Positions 25,490 to 41,395 of a DNA stretch of 64,000 nt are shown here, one piece after another. This DNA comes from Octopus vulgaris (taxonomy: Eukaryota): positions 137,640,001-137,704,000 of the forward strand of contig OX597818.1 of the NCBI GenBank assembly GCA_951406725.2. The letters are read 5' to 3'. The notes under the pieces are model-generated. The model saw only the letters and a list, made by a program, of their open reading frames with translations. It did not search any database and was not told the DNA's origin. The number at the start of each line of letters is the position of its first letter. The first letter of the stretch is position 1. The position numbers and the translations under genes are program-made.

Positions 25490-26387
25490 CTGGTAGAACA
25501 TTTCGCACGCCGGACTAAAAGCTTAACATTTAAGAACATTTACGTTCCTAGTACAAATTCTACCGAGGACTACTTTGCTTTCATCCTTTCAGAAGCCATA
25601 AAATAAGTAGCAGTCGAGCACTGGGGTAGATATAATCGACTAGCCCTCACCCACAAAATTTTTAGGCCATATACTTATAGAAGAAAGAACTATTTTTACT
25701 ATTTTTCAAGCGGTGAGCCAGCGGAACAGCTAGCGCATCGAACAAAAACCTTAGTAGTATTTCTTCTGGCTCTGAGTTCAATCCCGCCAGAGGTCAGTTT
25801 TGCCCTTTGTCCTTTCGTAGTCAATAACGTAAAGTAGCAGCCAAGTACTGGGGTTAATGTAATCAATTTGCCTCGTGCTCACATGTTGCTGGCATTGTGT
25901 CAAAATGTGGAACAGTTATTGTTATTACTAGTTTCAAATTTTGGCACCAGGCCAGCAATTTCGGGAGAAGGGACAACCTGATTACAACGATTCCAGTGCT
26001 CAGCTGGTACTTATTTTATCGACCCCGAAAAGATGAAAGGCAAAGTTGAATCCGGCGGAATTTGAACTCAGAACAGAAAATCGGAAGAAATACCTATTTC
26101 TTTACTACCCACAAGGGGCTAAACACAGAGAGGACAAACAAGGACAGACAAACGAATTAAGTCGATTATATCGACCCCAGTGCGTAACTGGTACTTAATT
26201 TATCGACCCCGAAAGGATGAAAGGCAAAGTCGACCTCGGCGGAATTTGAACTCAGAACGTAACGGCAGACGAAATACCGCTAAGCATTTCGTCCGGCGTG
26301 CTAACGTTTCTGCCAGCTCGCCGCCTTAAGAAATACCGCTAAGCATTTTGTCCGATGAGGTAAAAATTCAGCCAGCTCGCCGCCTTA
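25490..26387. mobile_element. Cluster of old SINE-C copies (+ ~25490-25690, + ~25710-25915, - 25930-26387) with a young nested copy
   Basis: Repeated central domain; nested copy listed next. Confidence 0.8.
26095..26327 (-). mobile_element. Young SINE-C nested in an older SINE-C
   Basis: Full length; TSD AAGAAATACC at 26085-26094 and 26328-26337. Confidence 0.95.
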
Positions 26388-26916
26388 GTTATTCTTCCAA
26401 TTGAGGTAGAAGATTTGAAGAAATTGTAGACTATGAAGATATACTTAAAGGTAAGGGTTTAAAACACACCAACATCGACTTTGCATTTCATCCATTCACA
26501 GGACGATGAAATAAAAGCGTCAAATAGTGGGGTTGATTAAATCAACCATATTTCTTTTTCTGTATGTATAACTATGTTAATGCTTATTATTTATTAATAT
26601 TGTACTGGTGAAAGATGGAATCTATGTCACACTGAGCAAAAATGGTTAGCACTGTTTAGTTATATAGGATAATTCAATGAGAGAGTTTGATAAATTCAAT
26701 GTATGTAAGTAATGCAGAATCGTATTCTTTGGAACTTGTTCGTCATGAAAGAAGGAAAAGTGAAAATAATATTCTTGCCGTTCAGGCTGAGGCGGTAAAA
26801 ATGTTACTTATCTTCCGTTCACAATTCAAATGTGCTTGAAATCAACGTTGTCAGTCATTCTTTTACATGACAAAATTACCACAATTACTAGTTAAGAATT
26901 CAATCGTCTATGGATA

Positions 26917-27301
26917 TGGAAGCACTCCGTCGGTTACGACGACGAGGGTTCCGGTTGATCCGAATCAACGGAACAGCCTGCTCGTGAAATTAACGTGTAA
27001 GTGGCTGAGCACTCCACAGACACGTGTACCCTTAACGTAGTTCTCGGGGATATTCAGCGTGACACAGAAAGTGATAAGGCCGGCCCTTTGAAATACAGGT
27101 ACAACAGAAACAGGAAGTAAGAGTGAGAGAAAGTTGTGGTGAAAGAGACAGCAGGGATCAGTACCATCCCCTGCCGGAGCCTCGTGGAGCTTTTAGGTGT
27201 TTTCGCTCAATAAACAGTCACAACGCCCGGTCTGGGAATTGAAACCGCGATCCTATGAGCGCGAGTCCGCTGCCCTAACCACTGGGCCATTGCGCCTCCA
27301 C
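26917..27301 (-). mobile_element. SINE-A
   Basis: TSD TCAATCGTCTAT at 26900-26911 and 27302-27313. Confidence 0.95.
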
Positions 27302-28474
27302 TCAATCGTCTATACATAAGTACCAGTTACTTCATTAAAAAGTATCTTTACATGATTAATAAATTACATCATTTCGTCAGCTACCAAAGTCTAAAAACAT
27401 GTACTAGCTGAAAAACTAATGTCTTTTTCTCAAACCATAGATATAAGCCTATATCACTGCTTAGCGTATTCATGAATACTCATACCGACACAGAATCTGG
27501 ATCAGTGTGATGATCTAGTAATCATAAATTACTCCACTTGAATCAAATCGACAGATTGAACAGCAGCTTACATGATTTCTTCAAACAATAAGACTTTAAA
27601 ATATTTACTGAGCACACATCCTTTGAAACTTAAAAATAAAACTGAATTCAAACTTTCTTGAAGTTTAATTTGGATTTAATGTCCTACACGATTCTTATCA
27701 TAAAACAACATTTAGGACTAAAAATACTCTATAATCAACACATTTACAATTTTCATAAATGGAACGGAATTAAAGATACTTTTCACGCTTCCTACTTATG
27801 AGGACTGAAAAATAACCTTAGTTTTACACCATAAAATGCAGCATTATCAATCACGTTGTTTTATTGGGCCAATAAACACTAATCTATATAGAGCTAAAAC
27901 CTGTATGATGCCGATTTCATTTGAAAATGAAATATACATGAATGAAAATTCAGAAATCGTTTCACCATATCGGCACAGAATCTATAAAATATAATAAACG
28001 GTTCACTTTCACATAATACAAAAATAGAACATGTTTGTATTTATTTCTATTATTCCATATATAAACCACAACATAATACATGAAAAATAATATATTGAAA
28101 TAATCACGAAATACAAACCATAAAATTAAGAATTAAAAATTTAATACAAATGGATTTTAATCACAAACTATAAAACATATACATGAACGAACTTCATTAT
28201 TGAATAACTTGGATGACAAATGATGATTTTTATTCTAATTATAAATATGTGAAGTCAGAAAGAACATAAAAAATAAAGTAATTTGCTTCGCTATAATCAT
28301 TAAATTGGACCGATTAATAACAAAACCCAATTTTCCTAATAATCGATAACTATTCTGTTTTAGGTTATAAATTCCAATTCGTATGTCACTGTTTTAATTT
28401 TAAATGTAACTATACCATTATTAGTATTGTTTTAATATTACTTTAACAAGATTTGCACAACATCAAAGAAATAC

Positions 28475-28662
28475 TGGTTTCAAATGTTGGCATAAGGTCA
28501 GCAATTTGGGGGCAGGGAATGAGAGGATACGTCAATTACATCGATTCCAGTGTTCAATAGGTACTTTTTTAATTCAGAAAGGACGAAAGGCAAAATCGAA
28601 TCCGAAAATACTGTTTAGAATTTTGTCCTGGCGTGCCAGCTATTCTCTTAGCTCACCGCCTT
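28475..28662 (-). mobile_element. SINE-C, old diverged copy
   Basis: Partial central domain and tail. Confidence 0.65.
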
Positions 28663-28673
28663 ACGTTATAGAA

Positions 28674-28990
28674 ATCTATCTATCTATCTGCTCAGTCGAA
28701 GTCGATTCTCGGTTACTCGATGGATCAGTGTCCTCCAGTCAGTTCTATCCTGGGCCGTTTCTTTCAGATTGGCTATGTCCATTCCGGTATCACTCTTGAT
28801 GGTGTCAAGCCAGCGGGTTCTTGGTCGGCCTTTTCCTCCCTTGCCATTGACCATTCCGAGCATGATGCCCTTCTCCAGGGATTTTCTCCGCATAATATGA
28901 CAAAAATATGCCAATCTATGCTTGGTGATCCTAGCTTCTAGCGACATTTTCGGCCTGATCTGCTTAAGAACTTCTCCATTGGTGAGCCAT
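28674..28990 (-). mobile_element. RTE-clade (BovB-like) LINE 3' fragment
   Basis: SLEARITKHRLAYFCHIMRRKSLEKGIMLGMVNGKGGKGRPRTRWLDTIK...AQDRTDWR, followed by a short (GATA) tail. Confidence 0.9.
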
Positions 28991-29690
28991 TATAGAAATA
29001 ATGATAATAATTTCCACATTATCTTTCTAGAACACAACACAAGACAATAAAGCATCAAAATTTAACTTAACGTCTAAAGTTAAGCAATTCCTTCTTAACA
29101 TTTTGTGTCCGAATAAACTCCTATTCTATATCTAGCACATGCATACTTAATCTCTAACTTATTTTTCACAGTTAGAAAGCTTCGTTCTGTGCCATCTTGG
29201 ATACGGTAAACTATCACAAAAGAACAATTGACAATACCAGTTTAACCCTGAATTATTACCAACAAGGATGAATGAAACTTATGTACGTGTGTAACAGTTA
29301 GCCATCAGAGAATGCATAGAATGTAATCCGCTGTTAAAATGAACATATAAGATATTCGCATGATTTGTAGTTGCTTTCAGCTTTGAACAAATATGATGAA
29401 AATTATACGTATAAATGCTAATACAAACATACATACATACATACATACATACATACATGCAAACAGAAAGATAGACATACACACATATGTTCTCACATAC
29501 ATATTTACATGTATATATATATATATAGATATATATGTATATATATGTGTGTGTGTGTGCGTGTGTGTGTGTGTGCGTGTGTGTGTCAGTATGCATATAT
29601 ATATATATATATATATATAGGGAGAGAGAGAGACAGGGGTAGATATATATAATTGACAAACAGATAGATAAATATAAAGAGATACATATG

Positions 29691-29736
<46 letters not shown>

Positions 29737-29740
<4 letters not shown>

Positions 29741-29920
29741 TAATTCAAACAAGAAAACAAAAAGACAACAAGGCGAGGATGTGGAACAAATAAAATATTA
29801 TTGGACGCTCAGTAAAGAAGGGAAGAAGGAGGGTTTGACGTTCCGAGCGGAGCTCTTCGTCGGAAACATAGGAGAAGGAAAGATCTCGAGACGAGAGGAC
29901 AGAGGAAAAAAATCGCCGGT
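29737..29920 (-). mobile_element. Short TA-flanked repeat with a minimal hammerhead-like motif (29833-29867)
   Basis: Minus strand GTTT-CCGACGA-A-GAGC-TCC-GCTC-GGAA-CG-TC-AAAC; flanked by (TA)n. Confidence 0.65.
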
Positions 29921-31093
29921 ATATATATATATATTGAAACACATATGCACACTCACCTGAGCTAACATACACACGCATATGCACAAACACACACATATAT
30001 ATGTATTTATCTTTGTTTACGTACATATCTACATACGTATGTTTATATGGATATATACATAGATATGAACGCACGAAGAGCTCGGAACTTCAGTTACTCT
30101 ACTACTTCTGCTAAATATTTATGTGTATATACATACATACATACATACATACATACATACATGTATGTATGTGAATATATATATATATTTATATACATAC
30201 ACATATATGCATATGTATATGTATATAATTACATTGATTGACAAACGTCCTAGAATGTGAATAAAAATATCAGGTTCCCATGAAACAGGAAATAATAAAA
30301 ATGGAAAATGGAAAAAAAAAGGGAAAAGCCCCATAATGAAAAGTTGGGAAACAAAATGGATGTCGAGACATAGGAGTAAAATTGTCATGGAAATAGAAAC
30401 AAAATATTTGAATTATATACAAAACAAATATACAAACGAAGCAGTAAGCGGATGAATCAGTAAATGAATGAATGGAAAGATGAATGAATAAATAAATAAG
30501 CGAGTGTATGAATCGATATACAAATGAATGAATGAACGGATTAATGAATGATTGGCTGAAAGAGTGATTGTAAGAATGGAGTTACCGAATAAGAATATTA
30601 ACGCTAACAATAAACAGAAAATGCGTAGACAACTTGAACGTATAATACAGCACATACACACGCAGATGAAAAAAAATATATACACGAATATATGTGTTGG
30701 TGATTGTATAATTATGTATAGTGCATATACTACACGTGCACATATATACATATTTACATATGCACGTGTACACACACAAACATATACACACTTACACGCA
30801 TACACACACATGTATATACACATGCATAATTATGTGCTTCTTGGCGTATATATGTTTGTATGATTATGCCTTTGTACATATCTGTCTTACTGTCCACCTC
30901 TGTGTGTATATACCCACATACAGACACACACATATATATATATACACACATATATACATATACATATGCATACATATATTTTTATATACATACACGTTTT
31001 TAAATCGTGTGTATATACATGTATATATATGCATGTATAATATATACATGTTTGTATGTATGTAATGTACACACACGTAATTCGAACTGTCTA

Positions 31094-31162
<69 letters not shown>

Positions 31163-31394
31163 GTCTGTCTGTCTGTGTGTCTGTGTGTCTGTCTGTCTGT
31201 CTGTTTATCTGTGTGTCTGTGTGTCTGTGTGTCTGTGTGTCTGTCTGTGTGTCTGTGTGTCTGTCTGTGTGTATGTGTGTCTGTCTGTCTGTATGTATGT
31301 ATGTCTATCTGTCTGTCTGACTATCTAAATGTATATGTATGTATATATATATATATATATATCTTTCTTCAGAAATATCCATAAGTGCATGTTT

Positions 31395-31625
31395 ACAAGA
31401 AGGCTCGGATCGTTCGGTATGGTACTGAAGAAATGGATAGGGGAGCAAAATACAAGGCAAGGGAGTAGAGAGGAATGCTCAAAGCATCTATGGATGTAGG
31501 GATAATGAAGAGCAAAAGAGGAAAATAAAATGTTTGGTCTGAGGGGATAGGCAAATATAATTCATTTCGATCGTCGGAAGTGGCGTGCAATGGGACCGAA
31601 CTGGTCATCAAGAGGATGAGACATG
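31395..31625 (+). mobile_element. Possible highly decayed RTE C-terminal fragment
   Basis: RRLGSFGMV and FDRRKWRA-like pieces in broken frames. Confidence 0.35.
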
Positions 31626-32174
31626 GAAGAAATGTTGATTTTTCGTGCCATTCTGACATATATCAGATGTTGTTACAAGACACCGCTCTCTCCCTCTGAA
31701 ACCAATAACATCAACAGCAGCAGCACTAACAACAAGAGCAACAACAAAAACATAGACGATCGAGAAATCATGTAAAAGGAAACGAACCGGTTTCTTCCAC
31801 CCCCATTAATGAAAATATTAGTTTCTTATTGACTAGACATAAAGTCTCTGTAATTTAGGGGAAGAGCAAATTGCTAAGTTGTGACTATCTCTTATTTTTA
31901 AAAGAGTATTAGCGACGTCTTTAGGGTGAAATTACTTGATCTGGAAATCGAAACTTCATCACGGAAACATTTCACCGGAAGATTAGCATTTTCGCTTTTA
32001 TTCTTGCTACTGGTAAAGGCATACTGTCTCGTTATGAACCGGGTTGTATCCTCCCTATATATGGCGTTAAGTGGGAGGTAGTCATTTACATACCTGGACA
32101 GGACAACAATCGACCACAAGTGATCTTTCCATGAAAGGAATGGGTCTTATCAGGGCAAATTCAATGTTGAGAAA

Positions 32175-32344
32175 CTCGCTTTGTTACCGCGTGGTTTCGA
32201 GTTCAGTCTCATTGTGAGGTACCTAGTGGGAAGTGTCATCTACTACTGCCCCGGAATGTCTTGCGTGTGAATTTAGTAGACGAAATGTGAATTTAGTAGA
32301 CGGAAGTGTGGAAGTTCTTCACATGCACACACACTTACACACAA

Positions 32345-32377
<33 letters not shown>

Positions 32378-32755
32378 ATACATATATATGTTTGTATATA
32401 TGTGTGTGAGTGTATACACACATACATACATGCATACAAACATACAAACATACATACATGCATACATATATGTATATATATAGATACATAAATACATACA
32501 TACACACATACATACGCATATATGTGTACTATATGCATGTCTGCGTGTATGTAAAATAGAGAGTGTGTGTATGTGTTCCTTCCACCGCTTGACAACAGGT
32601 GTTGGTTTGTTTACGATACCATAACTTACAGGTTCAGCAAAAAGAAACCGATAGAATACGTATCATACTTGAAACAATTGTTCGACTAAATCCTTCCAGG
32701 TTGCGCCTATAATGGCTGCAGTCGAATGACTGAAAGAAGTAAGAGTTAAAAGATG
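32175..32755 (+). mobile_element. Old SINE-B with an expanded internal microsatellite
   Basis: Diverged head and 3' part (GCTTGACAAC...GCAGTCGAATGACTGAAAG). Confidence 0.75.
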
Positions 32756-33164
32756 AAAACATCACCAACTGTCCACGCAGTCAAATATTTCACGAGTTGA
32801 CCGGATGGGTAACAGTCGGTGAGATGGAGTATCTTTATCACAAACATAGTATTCTGCTCGGGTCAGGTTAAGATCAACAGGCTTACTTGACTTGATCTAT
32901 ATTTTATCGGTTTCGAGAGGGTCAAAGGCAATGCAAATCTTGCGGGATTTGACCTCAAATCGAAATATCGAATACAAATATCGCCAGTATAAAATGCTAA
33001 ATGTTCTATTTTCTTCATTAATGATACAAGCGCCAACCTTTGCAACGACAACAGTGTCAAAGAAACAATAGTCATATTACTAGCAAGAAGCGTGACAACA
33101 ATAATTGCAATACTAGAGATGTGTAAAATAAATGAAGCTAAAACTCGTCTTTAAAACATCATTC

Positions 33165-33196
<32 letters not shown>

Positions 33197-33978
33197 GCAC
33201 ACACATTCAAACACATGCAGCATAAATTCCAATACATTCGTTGTTTTGTAAACGTTTACTTTCACGTCTTATAATTTTAGAGGAAAAGATGCGATCAGAT
33301 GTTGTGATGCGATCAGAAAAACGAATGTACCAGGACAGGTCAATGCTTATTGTGTGTAGTATATATATTTCCAGGAGACGTGTACATAAACACCTCGTAG
33401 TAGAAGTTTTAGTCGAACAGCTCATTAAATTAATCCTTTTCTCTTTATCATAAAATAATTCACTCCAGTCTTGGCACAAGGCCAGCAATTTTGAGAGGTG
33501 GGAGCAAAGCAAGCGGCTTAGGTAGATTCCAGTCTTTACATATTTTATCGACTCCGAAAAAGACGTAAGGTGCCTCGCTCAGCTCAGTCACTGCTTTCTC
33601 TTGAAACTTGATGAGAAGGAAAGAAAAACTCATCTAACTTAAATTGCCTTTTATAGGGAAGGTTGTTATCTATGTTGCTAAATCTATTACAGTGGCTGTA
33701 GTTGTTTGTGAGTGTGTGTTGGTTATCTATAATATGTAAGAATGAATACAATATGTCTATATTTAAATATAGCTATCATACTCTCCCATTCTCTATATAC
33801 ACATATACATATTCATATGCATATACGTGTATCTCTCAGCCTAGTTTCTTTATACATACGTACACATACATATGCACGCACTCATATACATTCTCGTACA
33901 CACATCCACGAATTTTATCCACGTATTAAGTATATGTACACACACACACACATACACACACATACACACACACTCACA

Positions 33979-34018
<40 letters not shown>

Positions 34019-34774
34019 CAGAGGTATATTTATACCTTTGTGTAGCTGTATAGCTGGTTTTGCTTTCTGCCAACAACATACACCGTTTTTGTTTTTGCTC
34101 TTTAATTTTATTCACTTTATGTCTGGAGGTGAAGAAAACTGGGCAATTCGTGTTGCTAGAACGTTAAGTCTGCAAGCATCATGAAAGATAAGGATTTAAG
34201 GGTTATAGTAAGTTTGACAAGGGAATCGCAAACCGCATTTATGTTCATTGTTCTAGATGGATGTACGAAAGACACCATAAAATTACCTTTGGCGAAATGT
34301 AGATATAATTTACTTTCAGATTTCTTATTTTCTATTATTTTTATGCTGCTCTTTTTTTCTTTTGGTTTATTGTCTGTTTTCCGCCATTTTCTCACCAGCT
34401 ATTTATCTGTCTCGCCGTTTCCTTTTTCCAAACCATTTGCAGAGAATATGTATGGTGGGTATTTGTCGTCAGGCCAATTGATGGTAAAAATAATAAATAC
34501 TCACCTAAAAAGAGAAGTGAATCTTCTCTCAAATTCCTACATTTCTATCTGGGTCCATTTTTATTTCCTTTATTTCGAATACTGCACATCTTCCATCTTT
34601 CCAATATCCGAGTCTCTTTCTATTCATCTCTCTATTTATTTCTCTCTCTCCCTCTCTTTCTCTCTCTCTCTCTCTCTGTATACATACATACAAACATGCT
34701 TGCATACATACATACATACATACATACATACACATATACATACATGCGTATATGTACATGCGTGCGTGTGTATC

Positions 34775-34883
<109 letters not shown>

Positions 34884-34918
34884 CATCTATCTATTTATCT
34901 ATCTATCCATCTATACAG

Positions 34919-34980
<62 letters not shown>

Positions 34981-35182
34981 GTCTATCTGTCTGTCTATCT
35001 ATCTATCTATTTATCTATCTCTGTGCGTCTGTCTATCTATTTATCTATCCTTTTATCCTTTTATTTTTATTTTCTCATTCACCACTATTTCTCTTTTGAA
35101 TTGAATGCATGCGCAGCATCCACAGTCAAATTAAGACACAGACTCACGTATTCACACTCACACATGCACACACCCACACCTA

Positions 35183-35220
<38 letters not shown>

Positions 35221-35620
35221 GAGGGGAAGGTGAATATATGCTTGCAATGTACATATCCTCTGACACTGAACACATTTTAAATACACAGGCAGTTGCACAA
35301 ACACAGACAGATCGCTGACCTCTCCTCACACAAGCTCATACGTGTAAACTGCACAACATACAGAGACAGCTAGAGAAGCTCATAGATTAACTGAAGGCAG
35401 ACAGAAGCATTCTCAGAAATAATTACAGAACGAGTCAAGACTCACACATACGAACAACAATTTGACTCGTATACATGCATTTACATATACATGTGTGTAC
35501 GAGCGCACACACATAGTCGCGCGCATACACACACATATATACATATACATACAAATATACATGGCATTTCTTGCATCCATACATACATCTATACATCTAT
35601 ATACATATATATATATATAC

Positions 35621-35658
<38 letters not shown>

Positions 35659-35733
35659 TATATACATATATATATATATATATATACATACATACATATA
35701 TACATATATACATATATACATATACACATATAC

Positions 35734-35768
<35 letters not shown>

Positions 35769-36466
35769 CATATATATACATATATATATATATATACACA
35801 CACATATATATATACACACATATCTATATATACGCATATATACACATACACACACACATATAGTTACTCAGATCCATTAATATAAAAAACACGCACATGT
35901 ATCTATTTAAACGTACACACACACACACGCATACTCATTCACTTCCTCACACCCACACACACACACTTACACACACGCACACTAACGTGTTTATATATAT
36001 ATACATGTACATCGGTATGTGTGAAAATATGTAAATCCATGTTTGTATATCCTCCTCTCTTCCACTCTGTGTGTGAATGTATACATATACACACCTGTGT
36101 GTATATATACGAACAGACATATATTTGAAGAATAGCTAATATAACATAGGTGTAGTTAGAACGATCGTATTTGATCGAATTATTACCTCTGCTCCGTGAC
36201 CTTCATTTTACACTCTAAATGCGAGTATTAACACCGATATCCACATTTTCGTGCTTCGATGTGTGGATGTGAGTGTGTGTTTTTTTGTGTATGTGTGTGT
36301 GAGTGTATTAACTGTTGTGCATTTCTGTTCCACGACTGTAATCCTTTACTTGTGTATGTACGTATGCATGTTTGTATATAAGGCGATCTGTATACATATT
36401 TACATCTCTGCGCATGTGTTAACACGTGTAAACGAATAAATGGAGCACACACATACAAAAAAAAAA

Positions 36467-36795
<329 letters not shown>

Positions 36796-37399
36796 GCAGT
36801 GGCAGCACAGCACCAATATCGATAATAATAATAATGAAAAAGTACGATGGCCGAGAAGAGCATCTAAAAAGGATTCTTGTCTGTAATTGTCACATATAAT
36901 GGATTATGGCATTTTTCAGGAAACAGCCGGAAGGGGATTACGCTGGTTCTTACTTCTTTGCAATTTTTCATTGGGCCGACCGGCCTGGCATGATGGCCTC
37001 AACCTCCCTGTCTTTTCTACCACGCTCGTTCCATCTTTTTTTTTTTTTTTTTTTTTGCCTTTACCCCCTTTCCTTTTCTCAAACAGTTTGCTCTATTTCG
37101 TTTGCCTTACACAACAGATTTTTTCAGAATGGTGAGAGCTGCTTTATTATTATTACTGTTCTTTTTTTCTGTTTTTTTTTTTACATCTGTTTTTCGTGTT
37201 AGCAAAGCTAATACAGAGATATGCTTTTAAATTTCGTTTAATTCCATTTCCCTTTTGCTCTTACTGCTTTATATTGGACAGGGTCAAAGAGTTATAGTGC
37301 TGTATTAGAGGATGACTAGACTTTTACGTTTTATGGTCAATTATTACAGGGTGTCGCCATTAGGCATTGCACAATTTGCATCGTACATTCTGGCGTTAA

Positions 37400-37545
37400 T
37401 GAAACTGGAAAGGCAATACCACACAAATCTGCTAGACGGGACCAGGAAAGAGAGGACAAGAGCAAGGACATCTACATGACAGGACAATGTATAACAGGGG
37501 TCAGGGCATGGCATGGCACTCCTGGGCAAACTCTATACAGGCTGG
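37400..37545 (+). mobile_element. Decayed RTE-like C-terminal fragment
   Basis: DGTRKERTR/KRGQ-type basic motif in broken frames. Confidence 0.35.
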
Positions 37546-38559
37546 ATGGAAGCTGTCCCCAAAACTAATAACGATAATGGCAGCAAAAGCAACATCGCCA
37601 TAACTAGCCAACGAGTAAAGGACCGCTTTAAGTGCAAGAAATAGCAAGATCTACCTGAAGCAAACCCTCATAGCTTTAACAATTAAAAAAGGGACTCATT
37701 GGATAAAGTGGTCTAAAGTACAGTGTTCATGAAATAAAATAGATGGGATGGTCATGGTTGGAAATAAGCAACTCAACAGGGTAAATTATAACATTTGTTT
37801 AAATTAAAATAAAGACATTTGTTTATGTTCTGTGGACACCCCCAGACGATGAAGTAGGCTAGCCCAATACTTAGATATAGAGGGAGAAGTCTAGACGTCA
37901 CAGTAGCAGAGTAGCGGTGAGAGTTAAGTAGAAGGCATCCGAACGTGCGACATAACAGTTTATAATCTACCTAAAGAAATAAAGGAGAAAATATTAGTTC
38001 TAATACATGAAATATGGTTAAGGTGGCTGGACGGCAGAGTCGTTAGCATCCCGGGAAACTGCTTAGAAGCATTTCGTCCGTCTTTAAGTTCTGAGTTTAA
38101 ATTACGCCGAAGTAGACTTTACCTTTCCGGAAGTGCTCTCTACGTGATGACCTTCCATACAACCCCAAATCAGCCGGACATATATACCTCAAAGAAGAAA
38201 GGATGTGAAATGCCTAGCATACAAAACAAAAACAAAACAAAAGAGAAGAAAAAGGAACCATACACGGGTATGTTTCTCGTGGACTCGAAGAAGATAGTAA
38301 CATTGGCATGAAGCAAAGCTTTTCTTAGACTCGTGACCATTACATTACATCATACTTCGCAGGCGATGTGCTTTCAATCCAAGAACAGGAGATTGCTAAT
38401 AAATACCTAATCAAAAAAAAAGAAAGAAAGAAAAGAAAAACAGTGAAGCCCTTGGTTTTCCAAGACGCAACCGTAAATGTAGATTATGTCATATTTCTGT
38501 ATATTTCTGTGGAAGACATCACGCATGGGAATAGCAACTGCCCAAAAATATCATCAAGG

Positions 38560-38850
38560 TACTACCTCCTTATGGGATACGACGTTATTGTAAAACAATA
38601 TACAATGCTCTTCGGATAAAAGACTGTCCTGGAATAAATTTAGAGAATCTCTTTGTTATTGAATACGAACACAAATATCAACACAAAGAATACTGGTGGA
38701 ACATTGCCACCAAAACATGTCAAGTGTAAACATAACAGGCCAGATATTATTGTTTGGATATAGACAAGAAAAAGTATGTGCCGACATAAAGATCAGAGGT
38801 CCCTGGGACCTTGAAGACTGCTATAACGCATGAAAGTATACTAGTCCCCT
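38560..38850 (+). mobile_element. Decayed RLE-LINE fragment
   Basis: EYWWN...KCKHNRPDIIVWI motif at ~38690-38760. Confidence 0.65.
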
Positions 38851-39003
38851 AATATTTTGTATTCAACATTTCATCTATTCAATAAGACAATCAATACTTC
38901 ATTTCATTTTACTATATATATTATTTATACTATATATTCTATATTCTACATTGATATTATAAAGAATATAAATAAAACAAAAAACAGAGTTGGAATTTCT
39001 TTG

Positions 39004-39044
<41 letters not shown>

Positions 39045-40380
39045 AACACACATATTTACATACACACGAAGGGCTTTTTTTCCAACCTCGTCTATCAAAG
39101 CCACACAGAAGGGCGTTGGCTGGCCAGGGTCTATAGTAGTATATACTTGCCTAATGTGACTCGCATCAGGACATCACTAGGAATCATATGGTTGGTGAGC
39201 AACTTTCTTACCATATAGCCATGGAGTCCATACATGCATATATTTGTGTGTGTCTGCGCATGCGCGTGCGAGTTTGCTTGTGTGTGTGTGTGTGTTCAGT
39301 CTGACGATGGCAAGCAAACCGAAGTTTCGAAGTCACTAGCGAACGTCTTTTATTATTTGTAAAAATTAATATGTACTCTACTAAAATGTATTTCAATAGG
39401 AAATTGTTTTTATATATAACTTGACACAAAAACCCACATTTGTATATATATATAATTTATATATATATAATTTATATATATATAATACTGATTTCAAATT
39501 TTGGCATAAGACCAGCTTTTTACACATACATATATAATATTAATAGGTATGTATACATTTACACAAGCACATGTATACATATATATGTATATATACATGC
39601 ACGTTTGCATATGGGTGCGTATATGTATGTATGCATAGATGTACGTATAGTATGCGTGTATATGCGTAAGTATTACCATTAGGAAGCTTTACATAAAATA
39701 TGCCAACAACATTCGAATTTCTATTACATGACTAATTCGCCACTCGAGTTTCTCTACGGCATTGTTTCATCAAGTGTTGTAAGATCCTCTATAATTGCCC
39801 CTCTAGATAATGAAATCTCGAGTGTACAATTGGCGAAAACATAATGAATTACGAACGATAGCTGCAAACGATTCTCAAAGCATTAGAAAGCTAAATAATA
39901 ACTAAAGATGAACAATTCTGTCAACTTCTCTAAAATCTCTTTGGGTCTGAAAACAAAGAGAATTCATTAGCAACACAATAATCTGTGAAAGAAATATCTT
40001 AAGTGCCATGATGGAAGGGGAGCGATCGGTGGGGGTATTTTCTGCTTGATCGTGTATTGCGGTTAACCATTAAACTGTGGTCAGCCAACAAGAACGCCGG
40101 GAGGTTGTCTGAGACATGGTTAAAAGACCTGGAATTAATTGCATAAGGTCAGGAATCTTTAATTTTAGTTGATATGTGTAATTAATTCTTTAAACAGAAA
40201 ACCGCCAAAGGTATACGATAAATCACGAAGCGAAAATCAAACGTGTCTTTCAATGAAGTTTCTATAAAGGAACATCAAGAAGTTGGTCAATTCCAATTGT
40301 CTCTAACCGCAGATGTAACTCAGGGGGTAACTATACGAAGAAATTAGAGCAGACATGGTTTTAGTAGTAGTAGTAGTAGC

Positions 40381-40420
<40 letters not shown>

Positions 40421-40955
40421 TTGATAGTAGTTGTTGTTGGTGTAGTAGTAGCAGTAGTTGTTGTTGTAGCTATTGTTCCTGCTGTTGTTCTTGTTCTTAT
40501 TCTCGTCGCCGTGGTCATTGTCTTAGTTATTGTTTAGTACCAAACCAACTCTCTTCGAGCAGAGTAATAATGAAGGCCATTCCAGCTGTGACCATCTCAT
40601 CTTTTGTCTTGCCGCATGTTACACGCAACAGCACGATATGTCCCCTTCTACGATATGTCCCCTTCATTATTACTCTGCTCGAAGAAAGTTGGTTTGGTAC
40701 TAAACAACAACTAAGACGATGACTTCTACGTGAGTAGAAGGGGACATAGAATGTAAGTTCACAGAAATTTGACTGCTATTTCCAGCATTTGGTCTGACTA
40801 TTATGTAGACTCCTTGACCGAATCCAAATACGGTTGTTGCGTACGTCTGTTTGAAATGTAGATATTAACAGATAGAACTATATTTTGTCGCCTAGTGCTA
40901 AAATTTTTGTATGGAGGCGGTGCTAGGTTTTATTTTATAAAAATCTTCCTTATAA

Positions 40956-41395
40956 ACGTAGGAGTGACTGTGTGGTAAGTAGCTTGCTTACCAACCACAT
41001 GGTTCCGGGTTCAGTCCCATTGCGTGGCACCTTGGGCAAGTATCTTCTACTATAGCCTAGGGCCGACCAAAGTCTTGTGAGTGGATTTGGTAGACGGAAA
41101 CTGAAAGAAGCCCGTCGTATATGTATATATATATGTATGTATGTATATGTTTGTGTGTGTATATGTTTGTGTGTGTATATGTTTGTGTGTCTGTGTTTGT
41201 CCCTCCAGCATCGCTTGACAACCGATGCTGGTGTATTTACGTCCCCCGTAACTTAGCGGTTCGGCAAAAGACACCGATAGAATAAGTACTAGGCTTACAA
41301 AGAATAAGTCCTGGGGTCGACTTGCTCGACTAAAGGCGGTGCTCCAGCATGGCCACAGTCAAATGACTGAAACAAGTAAAAGAGTAAAAGAGAAT
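40956..41395 (+). mobile_element. SINE-B
   Basis: Full-length family B match. Confidence 0.93.
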
